Below, piece by piece: positions 25,943-34,722 of a stretch of 53,677 bases of DNA. Source of the DNA: Gemmatimonadales bacterium (lineage in GTDB: Bacteria > Gemmatimonadota > Gemmatimonadetes > Gemmatimonadales > GWC2-71-9); the NCBI GenBank assembly GCA_013813875.1, contig JACCQZ010000098.1, positions 1 through 53,677 of the forward strand, given 5' to 3'. Made by a program: the position numbers and the translations under genes. The notes beneath the pieces are model-generated. The model searched no databases and was not told where the DNA came from. It saw only the letters and a list, made by a program, of their open reading frames with translations. Position 1 is the first letter of the stretch; each line of letters begins with the position of its first letter.

Positions 25943-27250
25943 TTACCAAACCATCACCAACGGATTCTCCAGCATCGCCTTGAATGTCTTGAGGAACTCC
26001 GCCCCGGTGGCGCCGTCAATTACTCGGTGGTCGCAGGACATGGTCAGTCGCATGCGGCGCCGCAGGGCAATCTGGCCCTCGTGCGCCACCGGTCGTTCCA
26101 CGATCCGGCCGACCGCCAGGATCCCCGCCTCCGGCGGGTTGATCACCGCGGTGAACTCGTCAATGTCGAGCATGCCGAGGTTGGATACCGAGAAGGTCCC
26201 GCCGGTGTATTCCTCGGGCTTGAGCCGCCGGTCCCGGGCGCGGGCGGCCAGGTCCTTGGACTCGGTCGAGATCTCCCGCAGCGTCTTCACGTCGGTGTGG
26301 CGGATGACCGGCGTGATCAGTCCCTCCTCGATTGCCACCGCCATGCTGACGTGAATCTCGTTCCAGTAGCGGATGTGATCGTCCTGCCACCAGGCGTTGC
26401 AGGCGGGATGCTGCCGCAGGGCGGCGGCCACGGCCTTGAGGATGATGTCGTTGAAGGAAATCTTGGGGCCTTCTCCGAGCGCCTTGAGCGCCTCGCGGGC
26501 ATCCCAGGCCCGCTCCATGTCAATCTCGGTGGTGAGATAAAAAGTCGGGATCGGTCCGATGGACTGGGTGAGCCGCTTGGCGATCGTCTTCCGGATCTGG
26601 CTCAGCGGAACATCGGTGAACGGCCCCTCCGCCCTCGAGATGGGGGCGCGAGCCGGGGCACGCGGAGCCGGTGGGGGCGCGGCGGCGGGGCCGGCTGTGG
26701 CGGCGCCTTCGACGTCGCGGGCCACCACCCGCCCCTCGGGCCCCGACCCGCTGATGCTTGCCAGCTCCACCCCACGCTCGGCCGCGATACGGCGGGCGAG
26801 CGGCGATGCCTTGATTCGTCCGCCCGGTGATGCGGATGCGGGCGCGGGAGCGGCGGACTCGACCCCGGGTCCCGGCATCTGCACCGGCCCCGGCGCCTCG
26901 TTCGCGGCGTCCTCCGGGGGCGCCGGCGGCATGGACACCGGCCGGTTCCGATCCGGAGCAGGCTGGGTGGCCTGCTCCTGGGCCGGCGCGCCCCCGTTCT
27001 CCGTCGGCTCGCCGGGCTCTCCAATGAGCGCCACCAGCTCGGAGACCGGGACCGTCGCGCCGGCGGGAACCACCTGCTTGAGCAGGGTTCCGCCCGCGCG
27101 GGCCACCAGCTCCATCACCGCCTTGTCGGTCTCGACTTCGGCCAGCACGTCGCCGACGGCGACCGCCTCGCCCTCGCTCTTCTTCCATTCGACGAGGCGG
27201 CCCTCCTCCATAGTGGGAGAGAGCGCCTCCATGACGACTTTAGTTGACAT
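25943..27250 (-). CDS. pdhC: pyruvate dehydrogenase E2, dihydrolipoamide acetyltransferase
   Basis: One N-terminal lipoyl domain (EVETDKAVMEL), a Pro/Ala linker, an E3-binding domain, and a catalytic domain ending in SCDHRVIDGA. Confidence 0.92.
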   Translation of the reverse strand: MSTKVVMEALSPTMEEGRLVEWKKSEGEAVAVGDVLAEVETDKAVMELVARAGGTLLKQVVPAGATVPVSELVALIGEPGEPTENGGAPAQEQATQPAPDRNRPVSMPPAPPEDAANEAPGPVQMPGPGVESAAPAPASASPGGRIKASPLARRIAAERGVELASISGSGPEGRVVARDVEGAATAGPAAAPPPAPRAPARAPISRAEGPFTDVPLSQIRKTIAKRLTQSIGPIPTFYLTTEIDMERAWDAREALKALGEGPKISFNDIILKAVAAALRQHPACNAWWQDDHIRYWNEIHVSMAVAIEEGLITPVIRHTDVKTLREISTESKDLAARARDRRLKPEEYTGGTFSVSNLGMLDIDEFTAVINPPEAGILAVGRIVERPVAHEGQIALRRRMRLTMSCDHRVIDGATGAEFLKTFKAMLENPLVMVW

Positions 27251-27287
27251 TTCCGGGGTCCATTGGATGCTATGGGCTATGATCTAG

Positions 27288-27373
27288 GAGTCTTGAGTCG
27301 AAAGTCTCAGGTCCTGAAGCACCGAGCCTCCGCTTCCGCGGACCCAGGACCTTCGACCTAAGACCTTCGACTC
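27288..27373. repeat. family B palindromic repeat, copy B1
   Basis: Arms built from GTCGAA(A/G)GTCT(C/T)AGGTC modules flank the core GGTCCTGAAGCACCGAGCCTCCGC. The right arm is GACCTTCGACCTAAGACCTTCGACTC. Confidence 0.85.
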
Positions 27374-27378
27374 ATCGC

Positions 27379-28365
27379 TCATTGGCCCGACCGATACAGC
27401 ACCGAGTTGACCGCGGCGATCACCTTGGCGGGATCTACTTTGGCCGCCCGCTCGAGCTGTTTGTTGTAGGGCATCGGCACGTCGGCGGCGGTAACCCGGA
27501 GGATGGGGGCATCGAGCTCGTCGAAGGCTTCTCGCTGGATGATGTCCACCACCTGCGCGCCGACGCCGGCAAAGGGCCATCCCTCCTCCGCCACCACGCA
27601 GCGGTGGGTCCGGGACACCGAGGCGAGCACTGCCTCGGTGTCCAGCGGCCGGATGGTCCGCAAGTCGAGCACGTCCGCCTCTACGCCCTCGGCGGCGAGC
27701 TGCTCGGCCGCCTTGAGCGCGACGGCGACCGTCTTGGAGTGGCAGATGATGGTCACGTCGCCACCGGAGCGCTTCAGGTCCGCCCGGCCCAGCGGAACGA
27801 CGTGCTCCCCCTCGGGTACCTCCCCCTTCACGTTGTACAGCATTTCGCCTTCGATGAAGATCACCGGATTGTCGTCGCGGATGGCGCTCTTGAGCAGACC
27901 CTTGGCGTCCGCGGGGGTGGCCGGCATCACGACCTTAAGCCCGGGAATGTGGGCGTACCAGCTCTCGAATGCCTGCGAGTGCTGGGCGCCGAGCTGGAGG
28001 GCCGAGCCGCCGGGGCCGCGGAACACCGCCGGCACGCCGACCTGGCCGCCCGACATGTAGCGCATCTTGGCCGCCGAGTTCACCAGTTGGTCTATGGCGA
28101 GGAGGGCGAAGTTCCAGGTCATGAACTCCACCACCGGCCGCAGTCCCACCATGGCCGCACCCACGCCGACGCCGGCAAATCCAAGCTCGGTAATCGGCGT
28201 GTCCACCACCCGCATCGGCCCGAACTCCTCCAGCAGCCCTCGGCTCACCTTGTAGGCGCCCTGGTATACCCCGACTTCCTCTCCCATGAGGAACACGTTC
28301 GTGTCCCGCTGCATCTCCTCGCGGAGAGCCTGGTTGAGAGCGTCGCGGTAGGTCAGGGTCGGCAT
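27379..28365 (-). CDS. pdhB: pyruvate dehydrogenase E1 component subunit beta
   Basis: 328 aa of the transketolase-like beta-subunit type (FLMGEEVG.YQGAYKVS..L, DTPITE). Confidence 0.95.
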   Translation of the reverse strand: MPTLTYRDALNQALREEMQRDTNVFLMGEEVGVYQGAYKVSRGLLEEFGPMRVVDTPITELGFAGVGVGAAMVGLRPVVEFMTWNFALLAIDQLVNSAAKMRYMSGGQVGVPAVFRGPGGSALQLGAQHSQAFESWYAHIPGLKVVMPATPADAKGLLKSAIRDDNPVIFIEGEMLYNVKGEVPEGEHVVPLGRADLKRSGGDVTIICHSKTVAVALKAAEQLAAEGVEADVLDLRTIRPLDTEAVLASVSRTHRCVVAEEGWPFAGVGAQVVDIIQREAFDELDAPILRVTAADVPMPYNKQLERAAKVDPAKVIAAVNSVLYRSGQ

Positions 28366-28375
28366 GATCTAGGCT

Positions 28376-28454
28376 GTCACCCTGACCCCGACCAGCAGCG
28401 AGGGGGAAGGGGGCATAGGCCGGCGCATGGCCGCTTCGCTCCGCTCAGCGTGAC
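28376..28454. repeat. family A palindromic repeat, copy A3 (left arm expanded)
   Basis: GTCACCCTGACCCCGACCAGCAGCGAGGGGGAAGGGGGC-loop-GGCCGCTTCGCTCCGCTCAGCGTGAC. Confidence 0.85.
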
Positions 28455-28468
28455 AGAGAGCACGAACG

Positions 28469-29485
28469 CTACTGCTCGGCATACACATCGCGGAAGAGCA
28501 CGTCCCCTTCCGGCTCCGGTGCCTGCTCGGCGAATTGATAGGCGTCCTCCACCTCCTCCAGCATCCGTTTGTCCATCGTCTTCACCGACGCCTCATCCAT
28601 CAGGCCTTCGGCGACCAGGCGCTGGGACCAGACCGCGATGGGATCGCGCTTGCGCTGATCCTCCACTTCCTCGCGGGTGCGATAGTGGCCGTGGATCGGG
28701 TCCGACATCGAGTGCCCCATGAACCGGTAGGTGCGAACCTCCAGCAGAGTAGGAAGCTTCTGGCCCCGAGCCCGCTGGACCGCCCGCTCCATGGCCGCGT
28801 GCATCACCAGCACGTCCTGCCCATCAACCACTTCGTTGGCCATGTCGTAAGAACAGGCCCGCTCCGAGATGTCGTAGATGGCACTGGCCCGCTCCAGGGC
28901 GGTGCCCATCCCGTAGCGGTTGTTCTCGCAGATGTAGATGGCGGGGAGCTTCCACAACGCGGCCATGTTGAGCGCCTCGTGGAAGGCGCCGTTGTTGACG
29001 GCTGCCTCGCCGAAGTAGCATACCGCCACCTGGTCGGTTTCCCGGTACTTGGCCGCAAATGCCATTCCGGTCGCCAGTGGTATATGTGCCCCCACGATCC
29101 CGTGGCCGCCGAGGAAGCCGATGGAGGCGTCGAACAGATGCATCGAGCCGCCCTTGCCGCCCGAGCAGCCCGCCGCCTTGCCGAACAGCTCTGCCATGAC
29201 CGCGCGGGCGGAGATTCCCCTCGCCAGGGCGTGGCCGTGCTCGCGGTAAGAGCAGGTGATGTAGTCATCCGGTCCCAGGGCGGCCAGGCTGCCGACCGCC
29301 ACCGCCTCCTGCCCGATGTAGAGGTGGCAGAACCCACCGATCTTACCGAGGCTGTACGCCTCGCCGGCCTTTTCCTCGAACCGCCGGATAAGCAGCATCT
29401 GCTGCAGCCAGCCGCGATACGCTTCGGCACGGGTGGAATCGAGTCCGCCGCGGGGGCGGGGGTGGGGGCGGGCGCGGGTCGCCAT
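28469..29485 (-). CDS. pdhA: pyruvate dehydrogenase E1 component subunit alpha
   Basis: 338 aa. ThDP-binding region and the YRFMGHSMSDP motif, which is the PDH-type phosphorylation-loop sequence rather than BCKDH-type. The start overlaps the lipA stop (ATGA). Confidence 0.93.
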   Translation of the reverse strand: MATRARPHPRPRGGLDSTRAEAYRGWLQQMLLIRRFEEKAGEAYSLGKIGGFCHLYIGQEAVAVGSLAALGPDDYITCSYREHGHALARGISARAVMAELFGKAAGCSGGKGGSMHLFDASIGFLGGHGIVGAHIPLATGMAFAAKYRETDQVAVCYFGEAAVNNGAFHEALNMAALWKLPAIYICENNRYGMGTALERASAIYDISERACSYDMANEVVDGQDVLVMHAAMERAVQRARGQKLPTLLEVRTYRFMGHSMSDPIHGHYRTREEVEDQRKRDPIAVWSQRLVAEGLMDEASVKTMDKRMLEEVEDAYQFAEQAPEPEGDVLFRDVYAEQ

Positions 29486-30453
29486 CAGCCGAGCACCTTT
29501 CCTTCGCTCCGCTCAGGACGAGTGCCCGCGGCCCTCGCCTGCTCCCATGCGTGATAAGACGACCGGGTGAGCGGGCTCGACTGTACGTGGGAGAAGCCCA
29601 GCGAAAGACCCAGCTCGCCCAGCTCGGCGAACTCGTCGGGAGTGTAGTAGCGCGCCACCGGCATGTGGCCGTTGGAGGGGCGAAGATACTGGCCCAGGGT
29701 GAGGATGTTGACGTCGCTCCGCCGCAGATCTCGCATGCAGCCCACCACCTCGTCCCACTCCTCGCCCAATCCCAGGATGACGCCCGACTTGGTGAGGCCG
29801 CTGGGATCCATCCTCCGCGCATTGGCCAGCAGGCGCAACGCGCGGTCATAGCGGCCGCCCGGGCGCGCCAGGCGATAGAGCCGCTCCGCCGTCTCCAGGT
29901 TGTGATTGAGAATATCGGGGCGGGCCTGCATAACGATCGCAAGAGCCCGCTCCGAGCCCTTGAAGTCGGGGATCAGCACCTCGACCGACGTGTCCGGCAG
30001 CCGCCGCCGGATCTCGGTGATGCAACCCGCGAACGCTTCGGCGCCGCCGTTCGGCAGATCGTCCCTATCTACCGAGGTGATGACGACGTGCTCCAGCCCC
30101 ATCCGCTCCACCGCCTCGGCCAACTGCACCGGCTCCAGGTGATCGAACGCTTTGGGTGTGCCGTGCGCGACGGCGCAGTAGGTGCAGTTCCGGGTGCATA
30201 CGTTGCCCAGAATCATGAAGGTGGCGGCCTTGTGCTCCCAGCATTCACCGACGTTGGGACAGCGCGCCTCCTCGCATACGGTATGCAGCCCGAGCTCGCG
30301 CATCATCGCCTTGAGATGCACGTAGTTGGGGCCGCCCGGTGCTTTGACCTTGAGCCACCCCGGCTTGCGGGCCGGCGCGATGGAGGTGGGGAGCGGGCCG
30401 TCGTCGGGCGCCACGTCGGCCGAGCGCGTCAGTTGAACCAGCGGAACCGCCAC
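29485..30453 (-). CDS. lipA: lipoyl synthase
   Basis: 322 aa. Radical-SAM CTRNCTYC, an N-terminal CEEARCPNVGEC cluster and the RSSYHA motif. The C-terminal tail ...GTRPERSEGKVLG is repeat-derived. Confidence 0.95.
   Translation of the reverse strand: MAVPLVQLTRSADVAPDDGPLPTSIAPARKPGWLKVKAPGGPNYVHLKAMMRELGLHTVCEEARCPNVGECWEHKAATFMILGNVCTRNCTYCAVAHGTPKAFDHLEPVQLAEAVERMGLEHVVITSVDRDDLPNGGAEAFAGCITEIRRRLPDTSVEVLIPDFKGSERALAIVMQARPDILNHNLETAERLYRLARPGGRYDRALRLLANARRMDPSGLTKSGVILGLGEEWDEVVGCMRDLRRSDVNILTLGQYLRPSNGHMPVARYYTPDEFAELGELGLSLGFSHVQSSPLTRSSYHAWEQARAAGTRPERSEGKVLG
29501..29517. repeat. family A half-element (one arm only), copy A4, inside the lipA 3' end
   Basis: CCTTCGCTCCGCTCAGG is identical to the family A arm. 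On the minus strand it is translated as ...RPERSEGK... at the LipA C-terminus. Confidence 0.7.
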
Positions 30454-30546
30454 TTCGAATCTCCACGGTGAGGCCTCAAGCTATGCTGCACGTTTGCTGT
30501 GCCGTGAAAGCTAGTCCTCTCCCGGGCCAGGGGCTACGCGTGATTC

Positions 30547-30972
30547 CTACTGACCACCGCCGCTGCACTTCTTTACAATCGCTTCCGCGGCCGTGCGCGC
30601 CCGCTCCGAGGTCCGCTCCTGCACTTCGGTGGGTCCCCGCTGAGTGGTAAGCTCTGCGAAGGTGCTCGCCTTGACCGTGAGCGTGGTGACCGCACCGTCG
30701 GCGCCGGGGGCAACCTCGATCTCGAGGCGGTCCACCAGCCGCCGAAAGCTGACGTCGGGCCGCCGCACGGTCTCGTCGTACTGCCGGGCGGTCACCCGAT
30801 TCTCATTGTTGTCGAGCGAGCTCTGGCGGAAGTCGAGCGCTTTGAGCTGGCCGCGGACGCAGGCAAAGGCATCCGGCGTCGGGACCGGGCTCGTTCCCGT
30901 GAGAGTGGTGGTCATGGCTCCGCCGCAGCCGGCGAGCAAGACGGCTGTGACCAGCGGGAGACTGTATCGCAT
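30547..30972 (-). CDS. hypothetical lipoprotein
   Basis: The ATG at 30972 gives MRYSLPLVTAVLLAGC (lipobox). 141 aa; no family recognised. Confidence 0.55.
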   Translation of the reverse strand: MRYSLPLVTAVLLAGCGGAMTTTLTGTSPVPTPDAFACVRGQLKALDFRQSSLDNNENRVTARQYDETVRRPDVSFRRLVDRLEIEVAPGADGAVTTLTVKASTFAELTTQRGPTEVQERTSERARTAAEAIVKKCSGGGQ

Positions 30973-31020
30973 TGTCGGGGTGCCTCGAGGATAGGAAGGT
31001 CTCACGGGGGGAGCAAGGTT

Positions 31021-31085
31021 GTCACGTTGAGCGCAGCGAAGCGGCCGAAGCGACGTTACGGCCCCTTCGCTGCGCTCAGGGTGAC
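31021..31085. repeat. family A palindromic repeat, copy A5
   Basis: GTCACGTTGAGCGCAGCGAAGCGGCC-loop-GGCCCCTTCGCTGCGCTCAGGGTGAC. Same arm asymmetry as A2. Confidence 0.9.
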
Positions 31086-31117
31086 AAGAATCGGCAACAA
31101 ACTCCCGGCGTGGAACC

Positions 31118-32305
31118 CTAGAAGAACAGCATCAGGCCCACCGCCGGAGCGATGGAGTTGTTCTCGTCGGAAAGGTCGTCGTCGCCGCTGGTCACTGCGT
31201 AATTGAACTCTGCTACGGCCTTGAGCGACTTGGTGGCCTGGTAGTAGAGCCCGCCGGAGGCCAGCCAGTTCTTGGTGCTGAAGGTGGTCGCTTCCGAGTC
31301 GGCGTTATCCAGGACGCTGATACCCCAGCTTCCCGCGACAGTCACCTTGCTGTTGGCAGGGGTAAAGGTCAGCTGTCCGATACCGCCATAGGACGTCCGA
31401 AGGTCATCGCCGCCGCCGGTGCCGGCGCCTCCGGTGCCCAGATTGAACAGGAGGGTCGTTCCCAGGCCCTTGCCGTAGTATCCGCTAGCAGTCAGTGAGA
31501 ACGAGGAGCTACCCAGGCGAACGCCGCCGCTTCCACCCCACGCCGTGGCGCTCTCATCCAGCCCGATGCCTAAGCTGTTGTTCTGGAGCAGGCCGCCCAC
31601 CCAGACCTTGGTGGCTCCGGAGCTCCAGACACCTTCGGCCTCGAGGCGGGGAAGCTCGATTAGGTTGTACGGGGGGTTGCTGGCCGGATCGAACAAGCCG
31701 ACCGACAGCTGGAACGGCCGGTCCGCCGGCGTGCTGTAGGTCATCTGGGCCTTGAACTGCGGATAGATATAGCCGAAACCGATACGGCCGAGGGTGGTGC
31801 CGCCCGAAAGCTGACCACCGGTGGCGCCGACGCCGAACAGCGTCTGGTCGGTGAGGATGTTCTGCCGACCGAACAACCCGAGCTCGCGGCCGGCCAGGAT
31901 CTGACCCCAGGTACCACCCACGGTGAGGAAGACCTGGCGCATGTCGATCTGGGCTCCGAAGCAGTCGTGCTGCACCGCCCCGTCCACGGCGCCGCACTGA
32001 ATCTGCGGCGCAAACCCGAAGTGTACGCCGACGTTGGTGTTGCCCTCCTTGCCTTTAGCGTCGAATACGGCGAAAGCCGGGAGCAACCCGGTGCGGATGC
32101 GGGTTGCGCTGGCATCGCTTCCGCCGACGATCCCGCCGGTCGTTACCGTCGTGCCGGCATTCTCCTTCTCATAGACGGCGAACGCATTCACGTTCCCGCT
32201 GAACGTGAAGCTCCAGCCGTTGCTCATCTGCATCGTGAGCTGTGCTTCTGCGGCCTGCGCCGCCCCCAACGCCAAGCCCATGCACAACATTGCGACTCGC
32301 TTCAT
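31118..32305 (-). CDS. outer-membrane porin (beta-barrel)
   Basis: The ATG at 32305 is preceded by GAGGGAG. Signal peptide MKRVAMLCMGLALGAAQAAEA, Gly/Thr-rich alternating strands and a terminal ...VGLMLFF aromatic C-terminus. The upstream 91 codons of the ORF look like junk. Confidence 0.7.
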   Translation of the reverse strand: MKRVAMLCMGLALGAAQAAEAQLTMQMSNGWSFTFSGNVNAFAVYEKENAGTTVTTGGIVGGSDASATRIRTGLLPAFAVFDAKGKEGNTNVGVHFGFAPQIQCGAVDGAVQHDCFGAQIDMRQVFLTVGGTWGQILAGRELGLFGRQNILTDQTLFGVGATGGQLSGGTTLGRIGFGYIYPQFKAQMTYSTPADRPFQLSVGLFDPASNPPYNLIELPRLEAEGVWSSGATKVWVGGLLQNNSLGIGLDESATAWGGSGGVRLGSSSFSLTASGYYGKGLGTTLLFNLGTGGAGTGGGDDLRTSYGGIGQLTFTPANSKVTVAGSWGISVLDNADSEATTFSTKNWLASGGLYYQATKSLKAVAEFNYAVTSGDDDLSDENNSIAPAVGLMLFF

Positions 32306-32320
32306 AGATGCGTCTCCCTC

Positions 32321-32349
32321 AGTGTAAAATGACCGCCGACGACAGTCGA
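32321..32349 (-). promoter_or_regulatory. possible sigma70-type promoter of the porin gene
   Basis: On the minus strand: TCGACT (32349-32344), 17 nt spacer, TACACT (32326-32321), about 15 nt upstream of the RBS. Consensus rules for this phylum are untested. Confidence 0.25.
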
Positions 32350-32997
32350 CCTCCGGGACGAATTCCTGCACCAGCGACTCGACGCGGGCGCCGCCGCAGC
32401 CCCCTCCCCGATCGGCCGGGTGACATCGGCCGAGTCGCCGGTCCATTCGCAGCCCTCTCGCTGCGCTCGGAGCTCCTGCTGCTGGCAGGACTGCTCCGCC
32501 GCCTGGCCTTCTGCCGCTCCGGCCAGGAATCCTCCCCACGTGTGCGGTCCGCTTCAGTCCAACCTCTTCCACTACCACTGCCTGCTCCCATCCTCACATC
32601 AACTCTCCCAAACAACGCGGCCGGCAGGGATCCCGCCCGCGGGAGCCCTACCGGCCGTACCTGACGCTCAATCCCTGGCCTTCGGAAGTCCGAAGACCAA
32701 AGCGCCGCGTGACAGATTCGATGTGGTCATGTACTCACTCTCGACCCTGATGGGTGGAGACCCGAGACGCCAGCCAACGCGAGCCCTTCCTCATAAGCAC
32801 CCTCCCCAAGGGTCTAGATGGCGCTGAAGCAAACGCAGCGTTATGTGGCTGACGGAGTTACAATCTGGGTACCCGGTGCCCGCCGTCAAGTCCCCAAGGG
32901 ATCGGCGCGGACCCGGAAGATCGGATTGGATAAGTTCAAGTGGAGGCGATGCAAAGAGTTGCGTCGTTTATAACGCCCCTGTCGGGTCCTGGTCACC

Positions 32998-33135
32998 CTA
33001 CCGAAAGAGCACGGCCGCCTTTTGCAGGGTGGTCCAGATCCCCCACAGCAACGGCAACCCGACCGCGATCCAGGCCAGCGCTACGAGCACCCAACTTCCC
33101 GAGCCAGGCCGTTCGGCCTCGCCAATGTCCACCAT
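32998..33135 (-). CDS. MFS transporter small subunit-like membrane peptide (45 aa), absent from the ORF track
   Basis: Hand translation gives MVDIGEAERPGSGSWVLVALAWIAVGLPLLWGIWTTLQKAAVLFR*. GGAAGG lies just upstream. It sits 64 nt downstream of the OFA-type MFS gene on the same strand. The W..VG.PL.WG...TL.KA..LF pattern resembles small partners of oxalate/formate-type MFS genes (from memory). Confidence 0.65.
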   Translation of the reverse strand: MVDIGEAERPGSGSWVLVALAWIAVGLPLLWGIWTTLQKAAVLFR

Positions 33136-33199
33136 ATTGCCTTCCGGGCCGAGAGCGGAGTCAATATTCAGCCTCAGGGTACTTTATGCAATCGGCAGC

Positions 33200-34693
33200 T
33201 CAGGCGCGGCTGGGCGCTCCCCGCAACAACGCGCGCTCCCGCTCCACCTCCGTGTCGGACATGAACCAACGATCCGCCACCGGGCGAATGGCAAGGTTGC
33301 AGAGGAATCCGAGGACGAGAAGTCCCGCCAGCACGTACATCGTCACGTTGTACGCCTGCGCCGCGGGAACGCCGCGCTCGATCTGGTATTCCCGGATGTA
33401 ATTGACCAGCACGGGCCCGAGGATCCCGGCCGCCGACCAGGCGGTGAGCAGGCGGCCGTGAATGGCCCCGACGAACTGGGTGCCGAAGATGTCGGCCAGG
33501 TAGGCGGGGATGGTGGCGAACCCTCCGCCGTACATGGTGAGGATGATGCAGAAGAGGATGACGAAAAGCGTCACGCTCCCGATCCGCCCGGCGAACGGCG
33601 CCGATGCGTACAGCACGGTGCCGAGCGCGAAGAAGATGAAGTAGGTGCGCTGGCGGCCGATGTAGTCCGAGAGCGACGCCCACCCGATGCGGCCGGCGAT
33701 GTTGAAGACGCTGAGCAGCGCCGCGAACGCCGCGCCGATGGTGGCGAGCTGTGCCTTCTCGGCGGTGCCGAGCTCCCGTAGCGGCACACCGGACAGACCG
33801 ATCAACCCGCCTCCGAAAACCTCCTGGATCATCGGCGACGCCATTCCGATCACCCCGATGCCGGCGCTGACGTTGAGGCAGAGGACTCCCCAGAGCAGGC
33901 GGAACTGCGGCGTCCGCCACGCCTGATCCACGTGCACGTGACGAGTGGTGACCATGGCTCGGTGTTCGACCGGCGGGGTCCACCCGGCCGGCTTCCAATC
34001 GGCAGGGGGGATGCGGTAGCCGAACGCCCCCGCCAACATCGCCAGGAAGTAGATGATCCCCAGGGTCAGGAACGTCTGCCACACCCCCACCGAAGTGGAG
34101 GTGGCGAAGTGCTTCATCAGGAGGTCCGCCAGCGGTGAGCCGATCATCGCGCCGCCGCCGAACCCCATGATGGCCATGCCGGTCGCCATTCCTCGGCGGT
34201 CAGGGAACCACTTGATCAGGGTCGAGACCGGTGAGATGTAGCCCAGGCCGAGCCCGACGCCGCCGATGACACCCGAGCCCAGCCACATCATCCAGATCTG
34301 ATGGAGGTATACCCCGAACGCCGAGAGCATGAGCCCGCCGCCCCAGCAGAACGCCGCCACCACGCCGGCCTTGCGAGGACCCGCATGCTCCAGCCACCGC
34401 CCGAACACCGCGGCGGAGGAGCCTAGAAACACGAAGAAGAGGGTGTACATCCAGCCGAGGGTGCTGATCTTCCAGTCGCAGGACGTCGCCACCAGGTGCT
34501 CGAAGAACGCCATGCTGTCGGGGCAGGGGACCGGCTCGGTGATGCCGACGGCGCGACTGAGCGGGAGCCAGAACACGCTGAAGCCATACGCCATGCCGAT
34601 GGAGAGATGAATCGCCAGCGCGGCCGGAGGAACCAGCCAGCGGTTGAAACCGGGCCTCGCGACGATCCGCTCTCTCGACAGTGGTCCTGCCAT
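33200..34693 (-). CDS. OFA (oxalate/formate antiporter) family MFS transporter
   Basis: The ATG at 34693 is preceded by AGGAG with 7 nt spacing. About 12 TM helices, with the FNRWLVPPAALAIHLSIGMAYGFSVF and LIKWFPDRRGMATGMAIMGFGGG motifs typical of the OFA family. Confidence 0.9.
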   Translation of the reverse strand: MAGPLSRERIVARPGFNRWLVPPAALAIHLSIGMAYGFSVFWLPLSRAVGITEPVPCPDSMAFFEHLVATSCDWKISTLGWMYTLFFVFLGSSAAVFGRWLEHAGPRKAGVVAAFCWGGGLMLSAFGVYLHQIWMMWLGSGVIGGVGLGLGYISPVSTLIKWFPDRRGMATGMAIMGFGGGAMIGSPLADLLMKHFATSTSVGVWQTFLTLGIIYFLAMLAGAFGYRIPPADWKPAGWTPPVEHRAMVTTRHVHVDQAWRTPQFRLLWGVLCLNVSAGIGVIGMASPMIQEVFGGGLIGLSGVPLRELGTAEKAQLATIGAAFAALLSVFNIAGRIGWASLSDYIGRQRTYFIFFALGTVLYASAPFAGRIGSVTLFVILFCIILTMYGGGFATIPAYLADIFGTQFVGAIHGRLLTAWSAAGILGPVLVNYIREYQIERGVPAAQAYNVTMYVLAGLLVLGFLCNLAIRPVADRWFMSDTEVERERALLRGAPSRA

Positions 34694-34722
34694 CGCGAGT
34701 CTCCTAAGGGGCAGAGTCAAAT

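Noticed and set aside
32319-32827. ORFs 32308..32664 (+), 32319..32615 (-) and 32420..32827 (+) in the long spacer upstream of the porin.
   Set aside because: The translations are Arg/Ser/Pro-rich with no motifs, no SD and no signal or TM features, and the ORFs overlap one another on both strands. The region is treated as non-coding and reported as a finding instead.
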